From assembly GCA_017999215.1 (NCBI GenBank), contig JAGOBQ010000001.1, positions 1 through 31,774 on the forward strand: a stretch of 31,774 nucleotides of DNA, written 5' to 3'. Shown one piece after another: positions 10,281 through 19,119 of the stretch (its first letter is position 1; every line of letters begins with the position of its first letter). The stretch comes from Thermoanaerobaculia bacterium. GTDB taxonomy: Bacteria; Acidobacteriota; Thermoanaerobaculia; UBA5066. The position numbers and the translations under genes are program-made. Below the pieces are notes generated by a model that worked only from the letters and a program-made list of their open reading frames with translations, did not search any database and was not told where the DNA came from.

Positions 10281-12653
10281 TCACCCGATCTTCGTCATCG
10301 CGCCGCCGACGCTCGCGATGCCGTCCGCGCGCACGCTGACGACCGGCGCCTTCACGTCCGTCATGGCCATTCCCTGGAGGGTCGCGTTGACGCCCTTGAG
10401 CGTCGCGTTCGAGGTGTCGAGCCGGAGCGAGGCCGCCGGAGTCTTCAGCTCCGCGGTCATCGCATCCAGCTTCAGCTGATTCGGCCCGAACTTCAGCTCG
10501 ATTCCCATCGTGTCGATCTTCACGTGGTTCCCGCCCACCTTCAGCTCGATCGCGTTCGGCGCCTCGATCGTCACCTTTCCGTAGGGCATCGTGCCCTCGA
10601 GCTTGATGTCGAGGTTTCCCCTCTTGATCGTCAACCTGTCGTTCCCGTATCCGACCGTCGCGGTCCGGTCGTTCTGCACCTCGAGGACCTGGTTTCCCTG
10701 GTGCACGTCGATCGAGGGGTCCGACTTGCTGATCGCCTGGGCGCCGACGACGAGCTTGTCGTTGCCCACGTCGAGCGTCGTCGTCCGGTCGTTCGCGATC
10801 CACGTCGTCTGGTTCCCGCCGTGCGACGGCGACTGCCCGGCATCGGACCCCGACCGAGGCTCGACGGCCGAGTTCGTCTCGCCGGGAAGTCGCCCGACGT
10901 TCAGACAGTCGTCCCCCTTGCTCACGTTGACCGTCCGGTTCTTCCAGATCTCCTGCTTCTGGCTGCCGTCGGGGGGCTCCTTGTCGCCCTTCTTCACGCC
11001 GACCTGGAGGAGGTCGTTGTTCTTGACGAGGCGGTGAAAGTCCTTCTGCGACTGGACGAAGATCTCTTCCTTGTCCTTCGTGTCGTCGAGGCGGATCTCG
11101 TGGAACTCGTCGGCCGCCCCCTTGAGCGTGGAGCGGGTCTTCAGCCCCGTCCGGACCCGGTTCGCCGGGAGCGGGTAGGGGGGCATGTTCTCGGCGTTGT
11201 AGAGCGAGCCGAGGACGACCGGCTCGTCGGGGTCGCCGTGCTGGAACGCGACGAGGACCTCCTGCCCGATCCGCGGGAACGCGTAGCTCCCCCACTGCGC
11301 GCCGGCGAGCGGCGTCACCACGCGGAGCCACGCGCAGCTCGACGTGTCCCGCTTCCCCTCGCGGTCCCAGTAGAACTGCACCTTGATCCGCCCGTACTTG
11401 TCGACGTAGATCTCCTCGCCCGACGGACCGACGACGATCGCCGTCTCGGGACCCTGCGCGACCGGGCGGTGAGTGGCCCGCGGGGGTCGATAGACGGCCT
11501 CCGCCGGCAGGCAGGTGAACGTGTTCTCGTACCGCGTCTCCACCTCGTTCGAGCGGAACGAGCCGTTCTGCCCTTCGTGCCGGACGCGCGTGACGAGGTA
11601 GGCGCCGCTGCCGTCGTGGTGCCGGTCGAACGTGAACTGGTATCCGGGCGCGAGATGGCGGACACCGCTCGCGGCCTCGATCTCGATCGCCCTCGTCTCC
11701 TCCCGCTCCATGACGACGCGGGCCCGCGTCTCGCCGTACGGGAAGATCTTCTGAAGCTCGCCGGCACGGTCGCCCCCGCCCGGCGCGACGCCGTCGAAGG
11801 GCTTCGCGTGCCCCCCGGGAAAGCCGTACAGCTCTCGCTTGTCCGCCTCGGCGAGACGGAGCTTGTGCGTCACCGTTCCCGCCTTCAGAGAGTCCTTCAG
11901 GAGGATCACCTTCTCGAGGTCGTTCCCCGGAAGCTCGAACGAGCGGTCCCGGAGCGTCACCTTCCCGCGCGTCAGCGACTGGCGCTTGTGCCAGGAGGTG
12001 ATCCGGTCCTCGTCGCGGGCTCCTCCCACGATCGGGTCGTAGCGGAGAGTGCTCGCGCCCGGAAGGTTCTCGTGTCCCCCCCGGTCCGTCACGACGAGAA
12101 CGTGGCTCCCGTCGGAGTGGGTGAAGTAGAAGCGGATCCCCTCCTCCTCCATCAGGCGGCAGGCGAACGCGAGGTCGTTCTCGCGGTACTGCAGGCACAT
12201 CTCCCGCGGCTCGTAAGTCCTCTCGAGCCGGTAGGAGGCTTCGATCCCTTCGAAGACCGACTTCAGGATCGCCGGGACCGCGACCTCCTGGAAGACGCGG
12301 CTCCGGTGGACGAGGCCGAGGAGCCAGACCTTCGGGACGACGCGGAGCCGATAGCTCGTGAACGTCTTCTTGTCGGCCTCGACCGTCTCGCGCGGCCCGG
12401 CCTCCAGCTCCGCGCAGATCCCGTTGAAGTGGCGGACCGGGCTCCCGTCGAGCCCGTGGACCGACACGGTCACGGACTGCCCGAGGAGGGCGTCGAACGG
12501 GACCTCCACGTCGTTGGGGGCGAGGACCTCGAGGTCGAGGTCGAAGAGCTCGGAGATCCCCTCGGAGCCGCGGATCCGCCGGAGCAGGAGGGCGTCCGGC
12601 CCGAGGGGCGTCGTGATGCGGAAGGTGTTGCTCGACTGGGTGTAGTCCGACAT
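10281..12653 (-). CDS. vgrG: Type VI secretion spike protein VgrG (TssI)
   Basis: 790 aa. Motifs GSEGISELF, CLQYRENDLAFACRLMEEEGIRFYF, VDKYGRIKVQFYWDR, FPRIGQEVLVAFQHGDPDEPVVLGSLYN and gp5-like beta repeats. No toxin extension. Confidence 0.96.
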   Translation of the reverse strand: MSDYTQSSNTFRITTPLGPDALLLRRIRGSEGISELFDLDLEVLAPNDVEVPFDALLGQSVTVSVHGLDGSPVRHFNGICAELEAGPRETVEADKKTFTSYRLRVVPKVWLLGLVHRSRVFQEVAVPAILKSVFEGIEASYRLERTYEPREMCLQYRENDLAFACRLMEEEGIRFYFTHSDGSHVLVVTDRGGHENLPGASTLRYDPIVGGARDEDRITSWHKRQSLTRGKVTLRDRSFELPGNDLEKVILLKDSLKAGTVTHKLRLAEADKRELYGFPGGHAKPFDGVAPGGGDRAGELQKIFPYGETRARVVMEREETRAIEIEAASGVRHLAPGYQFTFDRHHDGSGAYLVTRVRHEGQNGSFRSNEVETRYENTFTCLPAEAVYRPPRATHRPVAQGPETAIVVGPSGEEIYVDKYGRIKVQFYWDREGKRDTSSCAWLRVVTPLAGAQWGSYAFPRIGQEVLVAFQHGDPDEPVVLGSLYNAENMPPYPLPANRVRTGLKTRSTLKGAADEFHEIRLDDTKDKEEIFVQSQKDFHRLVKNNDLLQVGVKKGDKEPPDGSQKQEIWKNRTVNVSKGDDCLNVGRLPGETNSAVEPRSGSDAGQSPSHGGNQTTWIANDRTTTLDVGNDKLVVGAQAISKSDPSIDVHQGNQVLEVQNDRTATVGYGNDRLTIKRGNLDIKLEGTMPYGKVTIEAPNAIELKVGGNHVKIDTMGIELKFGPNQLKLDAMTAELKTPAASLRLDTSNATLKGVNATLQGMAMTDVKAPVVSVRADGIASVGGAMTKIG

Positions 12654-12711
12654 CCGCTGCGGGTCCTTTCGGGACGAGGCGCTCGTTCTCCCGGGTGTGG
12701 GTTGTCGGAGC

Positions 12712-15045
12712 TTACGACGGGCGGGCCGGGGCGGAGCTTCCGATCCGGACGGGGAGGCGGAGCGTGAACGTCGACCCCCGCCCCGCCTCGCTGACGACCG
12801 AGACGTCCCCTCCCATCAGGCGCGCGTAGTGGCGGCTGATGGCGAGGCCGAGGCCGGTTCCGCCGTAGTTGCGCGGCGACGCGGGATCGCCCTGCCAGAA
12901 CGCCGTGAAGAGGCGGCCGACCTGCTCCGGCGTCATCCCGATGCCGGTGTCCGCGACGTCGAGGACGACCTCGTCCCCGTCGCGGCGCGCCCGCAGCTCC
13001 ACCGTCCCCCCCTCGGTGAACTTCGCGGCGTTCCCGAGGAGGTTCAGGAGCACCTGGCGAACTTTCCGGGGGTCGCCCTGGAGCGTCTCGTCGCCGGGGA
13101 CGTCGACGACGAAGCGGTTCCCGCCGCGCTCGACGAGCGTGCGGACGCCGCCCGCGACGTCGCGGAGGAGCGCGGAGAGGGAGAACGGCTCGAGGTTCAG
13201 CTCCGTCTTCCCCGCTTCGACCTTCGAAAGGTCGAGGACGTCGTTGATGAGCCCGAGGAGGTAGAGGCCGGCGGCGCGGATCTTCCCGAGATCGGAGGAG
13301 GCGCCGTCCGCGTCGGCGCCGGCCCTCTCGTCGAGGAGCATCTCGCTGTAGCCGATGATCGCGTTCAGCGGCGTCCGCAGCTCGTGGCTCATGTTCGCGA
13401 GGAAGGCGCTCTTGGCCCGGTTCGCCGACTCCGCCTCTTCCGTGGCCCGCTCGAGGTCGGCCGTCCGCTCCCGCACCCGCGCCTCGAGCGTCCGCCTCTG
13501 CTGCTCGATCTGCGAGTAGAGGCGCGCGTTCTCGACCGCGACGCCGATCGTCGAGGCGACCGCGGTCAGGAGCTCGAGCCCTTCGCCGGGGAGGGGGCGG
13601 CGCGTCGTCCCGTTGTCGACGATCAGGACGCCGACGCTCCGTCCGCGCGCCAGGAGCGGCGCCACGAAGACCTCCTCCGAACCGAGGATCGGGACGAGCT
13701 GCCGCGTCGCGGCGCCGGGCAACCCCGGCAGGTCGCGGAGCCGGAAGGCGACGCCGTCGCGGACGGCGGGCGAGATCGCGGAGAGCGGGTCGTCGAGGCG
13801 GATCGAGACCCGGGCGAGGAGGGAGGCCTGGTCCGGCGAGAGCCCGCGGCTGCGCGCGCGGGAAAGGACGTTCCGGGTCTCGTCGACGAGGAGGACCACC
13901 GCCCGGTCGTAGTCGAGGTGCCGCCGCACCGCCTCGAGGCTCCGGTCGACGACCTCGGACGGGTCGAGGGAGGCCGAGACGGCGAGGGCGACCTCGCGCA
14001 GCGCCGAGAGCTCCGCGACCTTCCCGCGCAGCGCGAGCGTCGACTGCTGGACCTCCGCGTACGCCGCCTGGACGCGGTCGACCTGGCTCTCGGCGGTGGC
14101 CCGCTGCGCGGCGATGAGCCGGTCCTGCTCCTGACGGTCGTGCTGGAGCCTGCGGATGCGCGCGACGTGCCACGCGCCGATCAGCGGAACGAGGACCAGC
14201 GGCGCGGCGAGCGCCGACCCGGGCGCCCCGGAGAGGGCCCAGCCGAGGAGCCCGGTCGAGACGGCGGCCCCCCCGAGCATCAGGTGCGCCGCATGCGGAT
14301 GGGGGTCTTCCCAGGTGAAGCGCCACTCGCAGCATTCGTCTCCGCGCGCCTGGCACTTCAGCTCGTCGACCTCCGCCCACGGCTGGCCCGGGAAGAGCAG
14401 CGCGGGGATCGCGGCGCAGGTCCCCTGGTAGGCCGCGCAGCTCGCGAGGAGCCACCGCTCCTGGAGCTCGTCCCGGACGTCGTCGAGCTGGGTCGCGGCG
14501 TACCACCGCACGACGGCCGAACGGGCCGTCGTCTCGACGACGCGCAGGTCCGTCTCGACGAACTTCTCGGCGGCGCGCGCCAGGAGCGCGTACGCCTGCC
14601 GGACGCCGAAGGGGCGGAAGATCGCGGCGATCGTCGGCGGGACGACCTTCCCTCCCCGCGTGAAGTAGAAGTAGTCGACTCCGGCGAACTCGCGGCAGAG
14701 CTCGTTCACGTAGAGCTCGAACTCGCGCGAGTAGTTGTTCCCGTCGACGAGGAGCGTTTCCGAGGTGACGTGGTACCTCGCGTCGGGGATCAGGCCGTTC
14801 AGCCGCTCGACGAGCCGGACGAGGAGGCGCGCCCGGACGACCGCCTCCCGGGCGTTCCTCTCCGTCGGCGACGGCACGGCGGGGAGCGCGTCGAGCTCCC
14901 TCTCCAGCGTCAGGTCGATCGCGTGCCGGATCGTGCCGACGACGAGCTTCCCGTTGACGTGCCGGATCGGCCTTCCGTCGAGGCCGCGCCCGAACGGGAT
15001 GGTCGTCAGCGGCGGCAGGAGCGCCTGCGGAGGATCGGGGACCAC
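12712..15045 (-). CDS. Sensor histidine kinase: V4R-like N-terminal domain, 2 TM, coiled coil, GAF, HisKA, HATPase_c
   Basis: Motifs [39 protein letters not shown] and GGTGLGL; GAF ([18 protein letters not shown]). Start is uncertain; GTG at 15045 chosen because upstream codons belong to the neighbouring gene and spacer. Confidence 0.88.
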   Translation of the reverse strand: MVPDPPQALLPPLTTIPFGRGLDGRPIRHVNGKLVVGTIRHAIDLTLERELDALPAVPSPTERNAREAVVRARLLVRLVERLNGLIPDARYHVTSETLLVDGNNYSREFELYVNELCREFAGVDYFYFTRGGKVVPPTIAAIFRPFGVRQAYALLARAAEKFVETDLRVVETTARSAVVRWYAATQLDDVRDELQERWLLASCAAYQGTCAAIPALLFPGQPWAEVDELKCQARGDECCEWRFTWEDPHPHAAHLMLGGAAVSTGLLGWALSGAPGSALAAPLVLVPLIGAWHVARIRRLQHDRQEQDRLIAAQRATAESQVDRVQAAYAEVQQSTLALRGKVAELSALREVALAVSASLDPSEVVDRSLEAVRRHLDYDRAVVLLVDETRNVLSRARSRGLSPDQASLLARVSIRLDDPLSAISPAVRDGVAFRLRDLPGLPGAATRQLVPILGSEEVFVAPLLARGRSVGVLIVDNGTTRRPLPGEGLELLTAVASTIGVAVENARLYSQIEQQRRTLEARVRERTADLERATEEAESANRAKSAFLANMSHELRTPLNAIIGYSEMLLDERAGADADGASSDLGKIRAAGLYLLGLINDVLDLSKVEAGKTELNLEPFSLSALLRDVAGGVRTLVERGGNRFVVDVPGDETLQGDPRKVRQVLLNLLGNAAKFTEGGTVELRARRDGDEVVLDVADTGIGMTPEQVGRLFTAFWQGDPASPRNYGGTGLGLAISRHYARLMGGDVSVVSEAGRGSTFTLRLPVRIGSSAPARPS

Positions 15046-15101
15046 GTGTGCCGGGACGATACGGCATCCGCCGCCCCGGACCGGCGCGAAAGGCGCGGGG
15101 C

Positions 15102-15971
15102 TCAGTCGCCCCGCCGGGGGGCGAGGTCCCCGGGCGGGAAGCCCATCGAGAGCCGGACGGCGGCGTACTCGGGCGTGTGGCGCCCGTCCGCGCGGCGGAC
15201 GACGAGGGGCGGCTCGGCGCGCGGGAAGCCGGCCCCGCCCGCGAGGGCGGCCGGCAGGTCCTCGGCGCGCGCGGCGGCGAAGAGCGCGACGAGCGGCGGC
15301 TCCCCCTCGCGGAAAACGACGTCCCGCCGCGCGAGGAGGAGGAGGCGCTCCCGCCCGAGCGCCTCGACGGCCTCCGCCTCGCGGGCGACGGGCCAGACGA
15401 ACGCGAAGCGCCCCCCCGGGGCGAGGGTCCGCCGCGCCGCCTCCGCGTAGGCGCCGACCCCGCCGCGAAGCGTGAAGCGCGCCGGGATCGCCTGGGGGTG
15501 GCGCGCCTCGGTCGCGGCCCCCTTCTCGAAGTAGGGGGGCGCCCCGAGGACGAGGTCGAACGGCGGCTCGCCCGCGAGGAGGGCGGGGTCGCGAAAGTCC
15601 CCCTCGACGAGGCGGAACCGCTCCTCGAGGCCGTTGTAGCGGACGCTCTTCCTCGCGAGCGCGATCGAGATCGCCTGCGCTTCCACCGTCACGACGCGCG
15701 CCCCCGGCAGCTTCCACGCCGCCGCCATCGCGACCGACCCGATGCCGGAGCCGAGGTCGAGGAGACGTTCGACGCGCGGGCCGTTCCCGACGCCCCACCA
15801 GGCGACGAGGAGGTCGTCCGTCGAGTAGCGGTGCCCGCGCGCCGCCTGGAAGATCCGGAAGCGTCCACAGAGGAAGTCGAGCGTCTCGTCCTCGCCGGGC
15901 TCGACTCCTCCCGGCGGCTCCGGCCCGGGCCGACGCCAGCCGCGGAAGACCTCCTCGCTCGGCGGTTCCAT
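15102..15971 (-). CDS. SAM-dependent methyltransferase, tRNA1(Val) m6A37 (TrmN6/YfiC)-like
   Basis: True start ATG at 15971; 289 aa. Motifs [36 protein letters not shown] and [10 protein letters not shown]. Confidence 0.75.
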   Translation of the reverse strand: MEPPSEEVFRGWRRPGPEPPGGVEPGEDETLDFLCGRFRIFQAARGHRYSTDDLLVAWWGVGNGPRVERLLDLGSGIGSVAMAAAWKLPGARVVTVEAQAISIALARKSVRYNGLEERFRLVEGDFRDPALLAGEPPFDLVLGAPPYFEKGAATEARHPQAIPARFTLRGGVGAYAEAARRTLAPGGRFAFVWPVAREAEAVEALGRERLLLLARRDVVFREGEPPLVALFAAARAEDLPAALAGGAGFPRAEPPLVVRRADGRHTPEYAAVRLSMGFPPGDLAPRRGD

Positions 15972-15978
15972 CTCCGGA

Positions 15979-15984
15979 AGCGTA
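15979..15984 (-). promoter_or_regulatory. Candidate -10 box (TACGCT) 7 nt before the ATG; probable leaderless mRNA
   Basis: TAnnnT-N7-ATG geometry. Confidence 0.45.
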
Positions 15985-16166
15985 GCGGGATCGCGCCGTC
16001 TCCGCGACGTCTCGCGCGGACGGGCCGTCGCCGCCCTCTCCCGGCGCCCCCTCTCCGCTCGACGCGCGGGGCCGAACCGGTTCAGACTCCCCCCAGTCCG
16101 GGTTCGCTCGCGCGAGGGGCGTGCCGGTCCGCTCGCGGGGCCGGCTCGCCGGAGGGGAGAGGCGCC

Positions 16167-16808
16167 GTGCGCTCCGAGAGGGATCTCTACCTCGAGGCGG
16201 TCCTCGCCGGCCGCCGTCAGGACGCGGTCGACGCCGCGCTCGGCGCCGTCGAGCGCGGCATGGACGTCCGAGACGTCTACGTCGAGGTCCTGCAGGAGTC
16301 GCTCTACGAGGTCGGCCGGCTCTGGCAGGCCGGCCGCATCTCCGTCGCCACGGAGCACCTCGCGTCGGCGATCACCCAGCTCGTCGTGGCGCGCCTCTAC
16401 GAGCGGCTCCCGCGCGGAGAGACCGTCCGCGGCCGGATCGTCCTGACCGGCGTCGAGGGAGAGTCCCACCAGCTGGGCGGGAACATGGTCGCCGACGCTC
16501 TCGAGTCGGACGGCTGGGACGTTCGCTTTCTCGGCACGGACGTGCCGACGCCCGACGTCCTGGAGGCGGTCTCCGCGCACCGGGCCGAGGTGCTCGGGAT
16601 CTCCTGCACGATCCAGCAGAACCTCCCGAAGGTCGCCTTCCTCGTCGGGACGGTCCGGGCGACGTTCCGCGAGGCCTCTCCCCGGATCCTCGTCGGCGGC
16701 GGGGCGTTCCGGGCCTCTCCGGAGAGGGCGCGCGAGGTGGGAGCGGACGCCTGGGCCGCGGACATGCGCGAGGCGATCGCCGTCGCGCGGACGCTCGGGG
16801 CGCGCTGA
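16167..16808 (+). CDS. Stand-alone cobalamin-binding protein (B12 cap plus Rossmann domain) with CarH-type motifs
   Basis: GTG at 16167 after GGAGGGGAG; 213 aa. W53-x9-E63-H64 ([12 protein letters not shown]), E99-x-H101 (ESHQLG), LGTDVP, LGISCT and ILVGG. No HTH domain. Confidence 0.9.
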   Translation: MRSERDLYLEAVLAGRRQDAVDAALGAVERGMDVRDVYVEVLQESLYEVGRLWQAGRISVATEHLASAITQLVVARLYERLPRGETVRGRIVLTGVEGESHQLGGNMVADALESDGWDVRFLGTDVPTPDVLEAVSAHRAEVLGISCTIQQNLPKVAFLVGTVRATFREASPRILVGGGAFRASPERAREVGADAWAADMREAIAVARTLGAR

Positions 16809-16822
16809 GCAGGAGGGTCCCG

Positions 16823-18118
16823 ATGGAATCGACCCCGACCGCGACCCTCTCGAGCCGGATGCGCGAGGCCGCCCGCTCCGGGCACGAGCGAATCGAGACG
16901 CTCCCGTTCTTCGTGGCGCTGGCGTCCCGGGAACTCCCGGTCGAGCGGTACGTCGACCAGCTTCGCGCGATGGCGATCTTCGAGGCGACGCTCGAGCGGG
17001 CCGTCCGCACGGCGGACCATCCGGCGATCGTCTCCGCGCGCGCCGCCTCCCCGTCCCGGCTCGGAGCGCTGCTCGCCGACCTCGCCTCCTTCGACCGTCG
17101 CGGTCCGCTCCCGGACGATCCGGCGGCCGCGGCCCCCGCGCTCTCCCTCTCCCGCGCGATCCTCCTCCTCTCGGCCGACCGGCCGGCGGCGCTGCTCGGC
17201 CCCCTCTACGTCTCCCGGGGAATGACGCTCGGGAACCTCGTCCACCTCGAGGATGCCCGCGCCTGCTCCGGGGGCGGCGGCGCCTCGTGGTACGAGGGGC
17301 ACGGAAGCGAAACCGGCCCGATCTTCCGGCGCTTCTGCGCCGTCCTGGACGAGCTCGACCTCGCCGAGGACGACGCGGCGGCCGCCGTCGCGGCGGCCGT
17401 CGACGGAATAGAGGCGCTCGAGAGAGTCCATGCCGCGCTCGACCCGGCGGCGCGCCCCTCCCGGCGCTTCCTGGCGACGGCGCTGAATCCCGAGGCGGGG
17501 TCCCACGAGGTCCCCGGCGACCCAACCGTGCTCGCGGCGGCCCTCCGCGCCGGGGAGCGGTGCCTCCACGAGATCCCCTACTTCCTCGAGCGCTACGGCG
17601 AACGGGGCCGGCGCTTCACCGGCAGCGACGCCGCCTGGCTCGCCTCCCTGAACGGCCTCCCGGCCGCGGACGCCTCGGACCAGGTCGCCTGGCTCGCGAG
17701 CGTCCTCTCCCGGAAGGGAATGCCGTCTCTTCTCCTGGAGCGTCAGCTCTTCCTTCTCGACGAGGAGCTCCGCGCCTCGGGCCTCGCGCGAGAGGGGAGC
17801 CCCCTCGGCCGGGCCGCCCGGGACCTCGCGGATCGCCGGAGCGCGGCGCTCCCCGAACCGGTCGCGTCCGGCCTGGCCGCGTCTTTCGTCGCCTCCTGCG
17901 GAGACGGCACCGAAGCGGCGCGCCTCGAAGCCGCGAGGATCCTCCTCGCCGCCGTCGCCGACGAGGCGACGGGGTTCGCCGGCACGTTGCAGGCCGTGAC
18001 CGAGTGGTATCGGAGCCCTCGCTTTCCCGAATCCTGGATCGGCGCCGTCGACGTCCTCCTGCGGGACGCCCTCGCCGCCACGGTCGTCCGGGGCGGGGAC
18101 GAAGAGTCGGGCGCGTGA
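16823..18118 (+). CDS. Heme-oxygenase-like domain fused to a putative globin/phycobiliprotein-like helical domain
   Basis: ATG at 16823 after AGGAGG; 431 aa. N-half has REAARSGH21ERIE (proximal His) and LLGPLYVSRGMTLG (distal-helix-like). C-half has NPEAGSH...PYFLERYGERGRRFTGSDAAWL...QVAWLASVLSRKGMP. Confidence 0.7.
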   Translation: MESTPTATLSSRMREAARSGHERIETLPFFVALASRELPVERYVDQLRAMAIFEATLERAVRTADHPAIVSARAASPSRLGALLADLASFDRRGPLPDDPAAAAPALSLSRAILLLSADRPAALLGPLYVSRGMTLGNLVHLEDARACSGGGGASWYEGHGSETGPIFRRFCAVLDELDLAEDDAAAAVAAAVDGIEALERVHAALDPAARPSRRFLATALNPEAGSHEVPGDPTVLAAALRAGERCLHEIPYFLERYGERGRRFTGSDAAWLASLNGLPAADASDQVAWLASVLSRKGMPSLLLERQLFLLDEELRASGLAREGSPLGRAARDLADRRSAALPEPVASGLAASFVASCGDGTEAARLEAARILLAAVADEATGFAGTLQAVTEWYRSPRFPESWIGAVDVLLRDALAATVVRGGDEESGA

Positions 18119-19119
18119 TGCCGGGCGCTCCTCCCGGTGGCCGGGACGACGCGAGGGCGGCGCTCCTCCTCGCGCTCGCGGACTCCTCGCCCGAGCTCGT
18201 CGTCGTGACGACCGACCTCGAGGGGCGGGTCACGAGCTTCAGTCCGGCCGCCCTGCTCGAGATGGGGCGGCCGCCGGACGGGGTCCTCGGCCAGCCTCTC
18301 GCCGACCTCCTGACCGAAGGGGACCGGGAGGCCGTCTCCGTCGTCCGGGGCGAGCCGGCCCGCCTCGGCCCCCGGCTCCTCAACTTCGTCGACGCCTCCG
18401 GGAACGTCTTCACCGTCCGGGCGCTCCTCGAGGCCGGCCCGACCGGGCTCCTCGTCGCGGGCGTGAGGAGCTCCGCCGACGAGGCGCGTCTCGGCGAGGA
18501 GCTCCTCCGGCTCACGAACGAGCTCGCCACGACGAACCGCGAGGCGGTGCGGCGGGGCCGCGAGCTCGAGAGAGCCCTCGCGCGGCTGCATGCCGCCAAC
18601 GAGGTCATCGAGAAGCTGGCGCGAACCGACCCGCTCACCCTCCTCGCGAACCGCCGGGGGCTGGAGGAGGCGATCGCCCACGAGAGGGACCGGGCGGAGC
18701 GAACCGGCGAGCCGCTCTCGGTCGTCGCGCTCGACCTCGACCACTTCAAACGCGTCAACGACACCTGGGGGCACGCCGTCGGCGACCGCCTCCTCTCGGC
18801 GGTCGGCGAGGCCCTTCGCGCCGGCGTGCGGCCGTACGACGTCGCCGCACGCGTGGGCGGCGAGGAGTTCCTCCTCGTCCTCCCGGCGACGAGCCGCGAG
18901 CGGGCCTCCGACGTCGCCGAGAGGCTCCGCGCGCGGGTCGCGCAGCTCGCCGTCGAGGGGCTCCCGGAGCGCGTGACGGCGAGCGCCGGCGTCGCCGAGC
19001 ACGCGAGGAGGGAGACGACGGAGGCGCTTCTCTCGCGGGCCGACGCCGCCCTCTACGAGGCCAAGCGCCTGGGCCGGAACCGGGTCGTCCTCGCACCGCC
19101 GCCCGGGTCGGCCGGGTAG
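18118..19119 (+). CDS. PAS-coiled coil-GGDEF diguanylate cyclase
   Basis: ATG overlaps the upstream stop (TGATG); 333 aa. Motifs TDPLTLLANRR, DLDHFKRVNDTWGHAVGD, RxxD I-site (R238-D241), GGEEF (247-251) and ADAALYEAKRLGRN. Confidence 0.93.
   Translation: MPGAPPGGRDDARAALLLALADSSPELVVVTTDLEGRVTSFSPAALLEMGRPPDGVLGQPLADLLTEGDREAVSVVRGEPARLGPRLLNFVDASGNVFTVRALLEAGPTGLLVAGVRSSADEARLGEELLRLTNELATTNREAVRRGRELERALARLHAANEVIEKLARTDPLTLLANRRGLEEAIAHERDRAERTGEPLSVVALDLDHFKRVNDTWGHAVGDRLLSAVGEALRAGVRPYDVAARVGGEEFLLVLPATSRERASDVAERLRARVAQLAVEGLPERVTASAGVAEHARRETTEALLSRADAALYEAKRLGRNRVVLAPPPGSAG

Noticed and set aside
16167-16808. B12 protein as a methyltransferase corrinoid subunit (MetH/MtaC type)
   Set aside because: It has ExH and W-x9-EH rather than the DxHxxG corrinoid motif, and no methyltransferase genes are adjacent.
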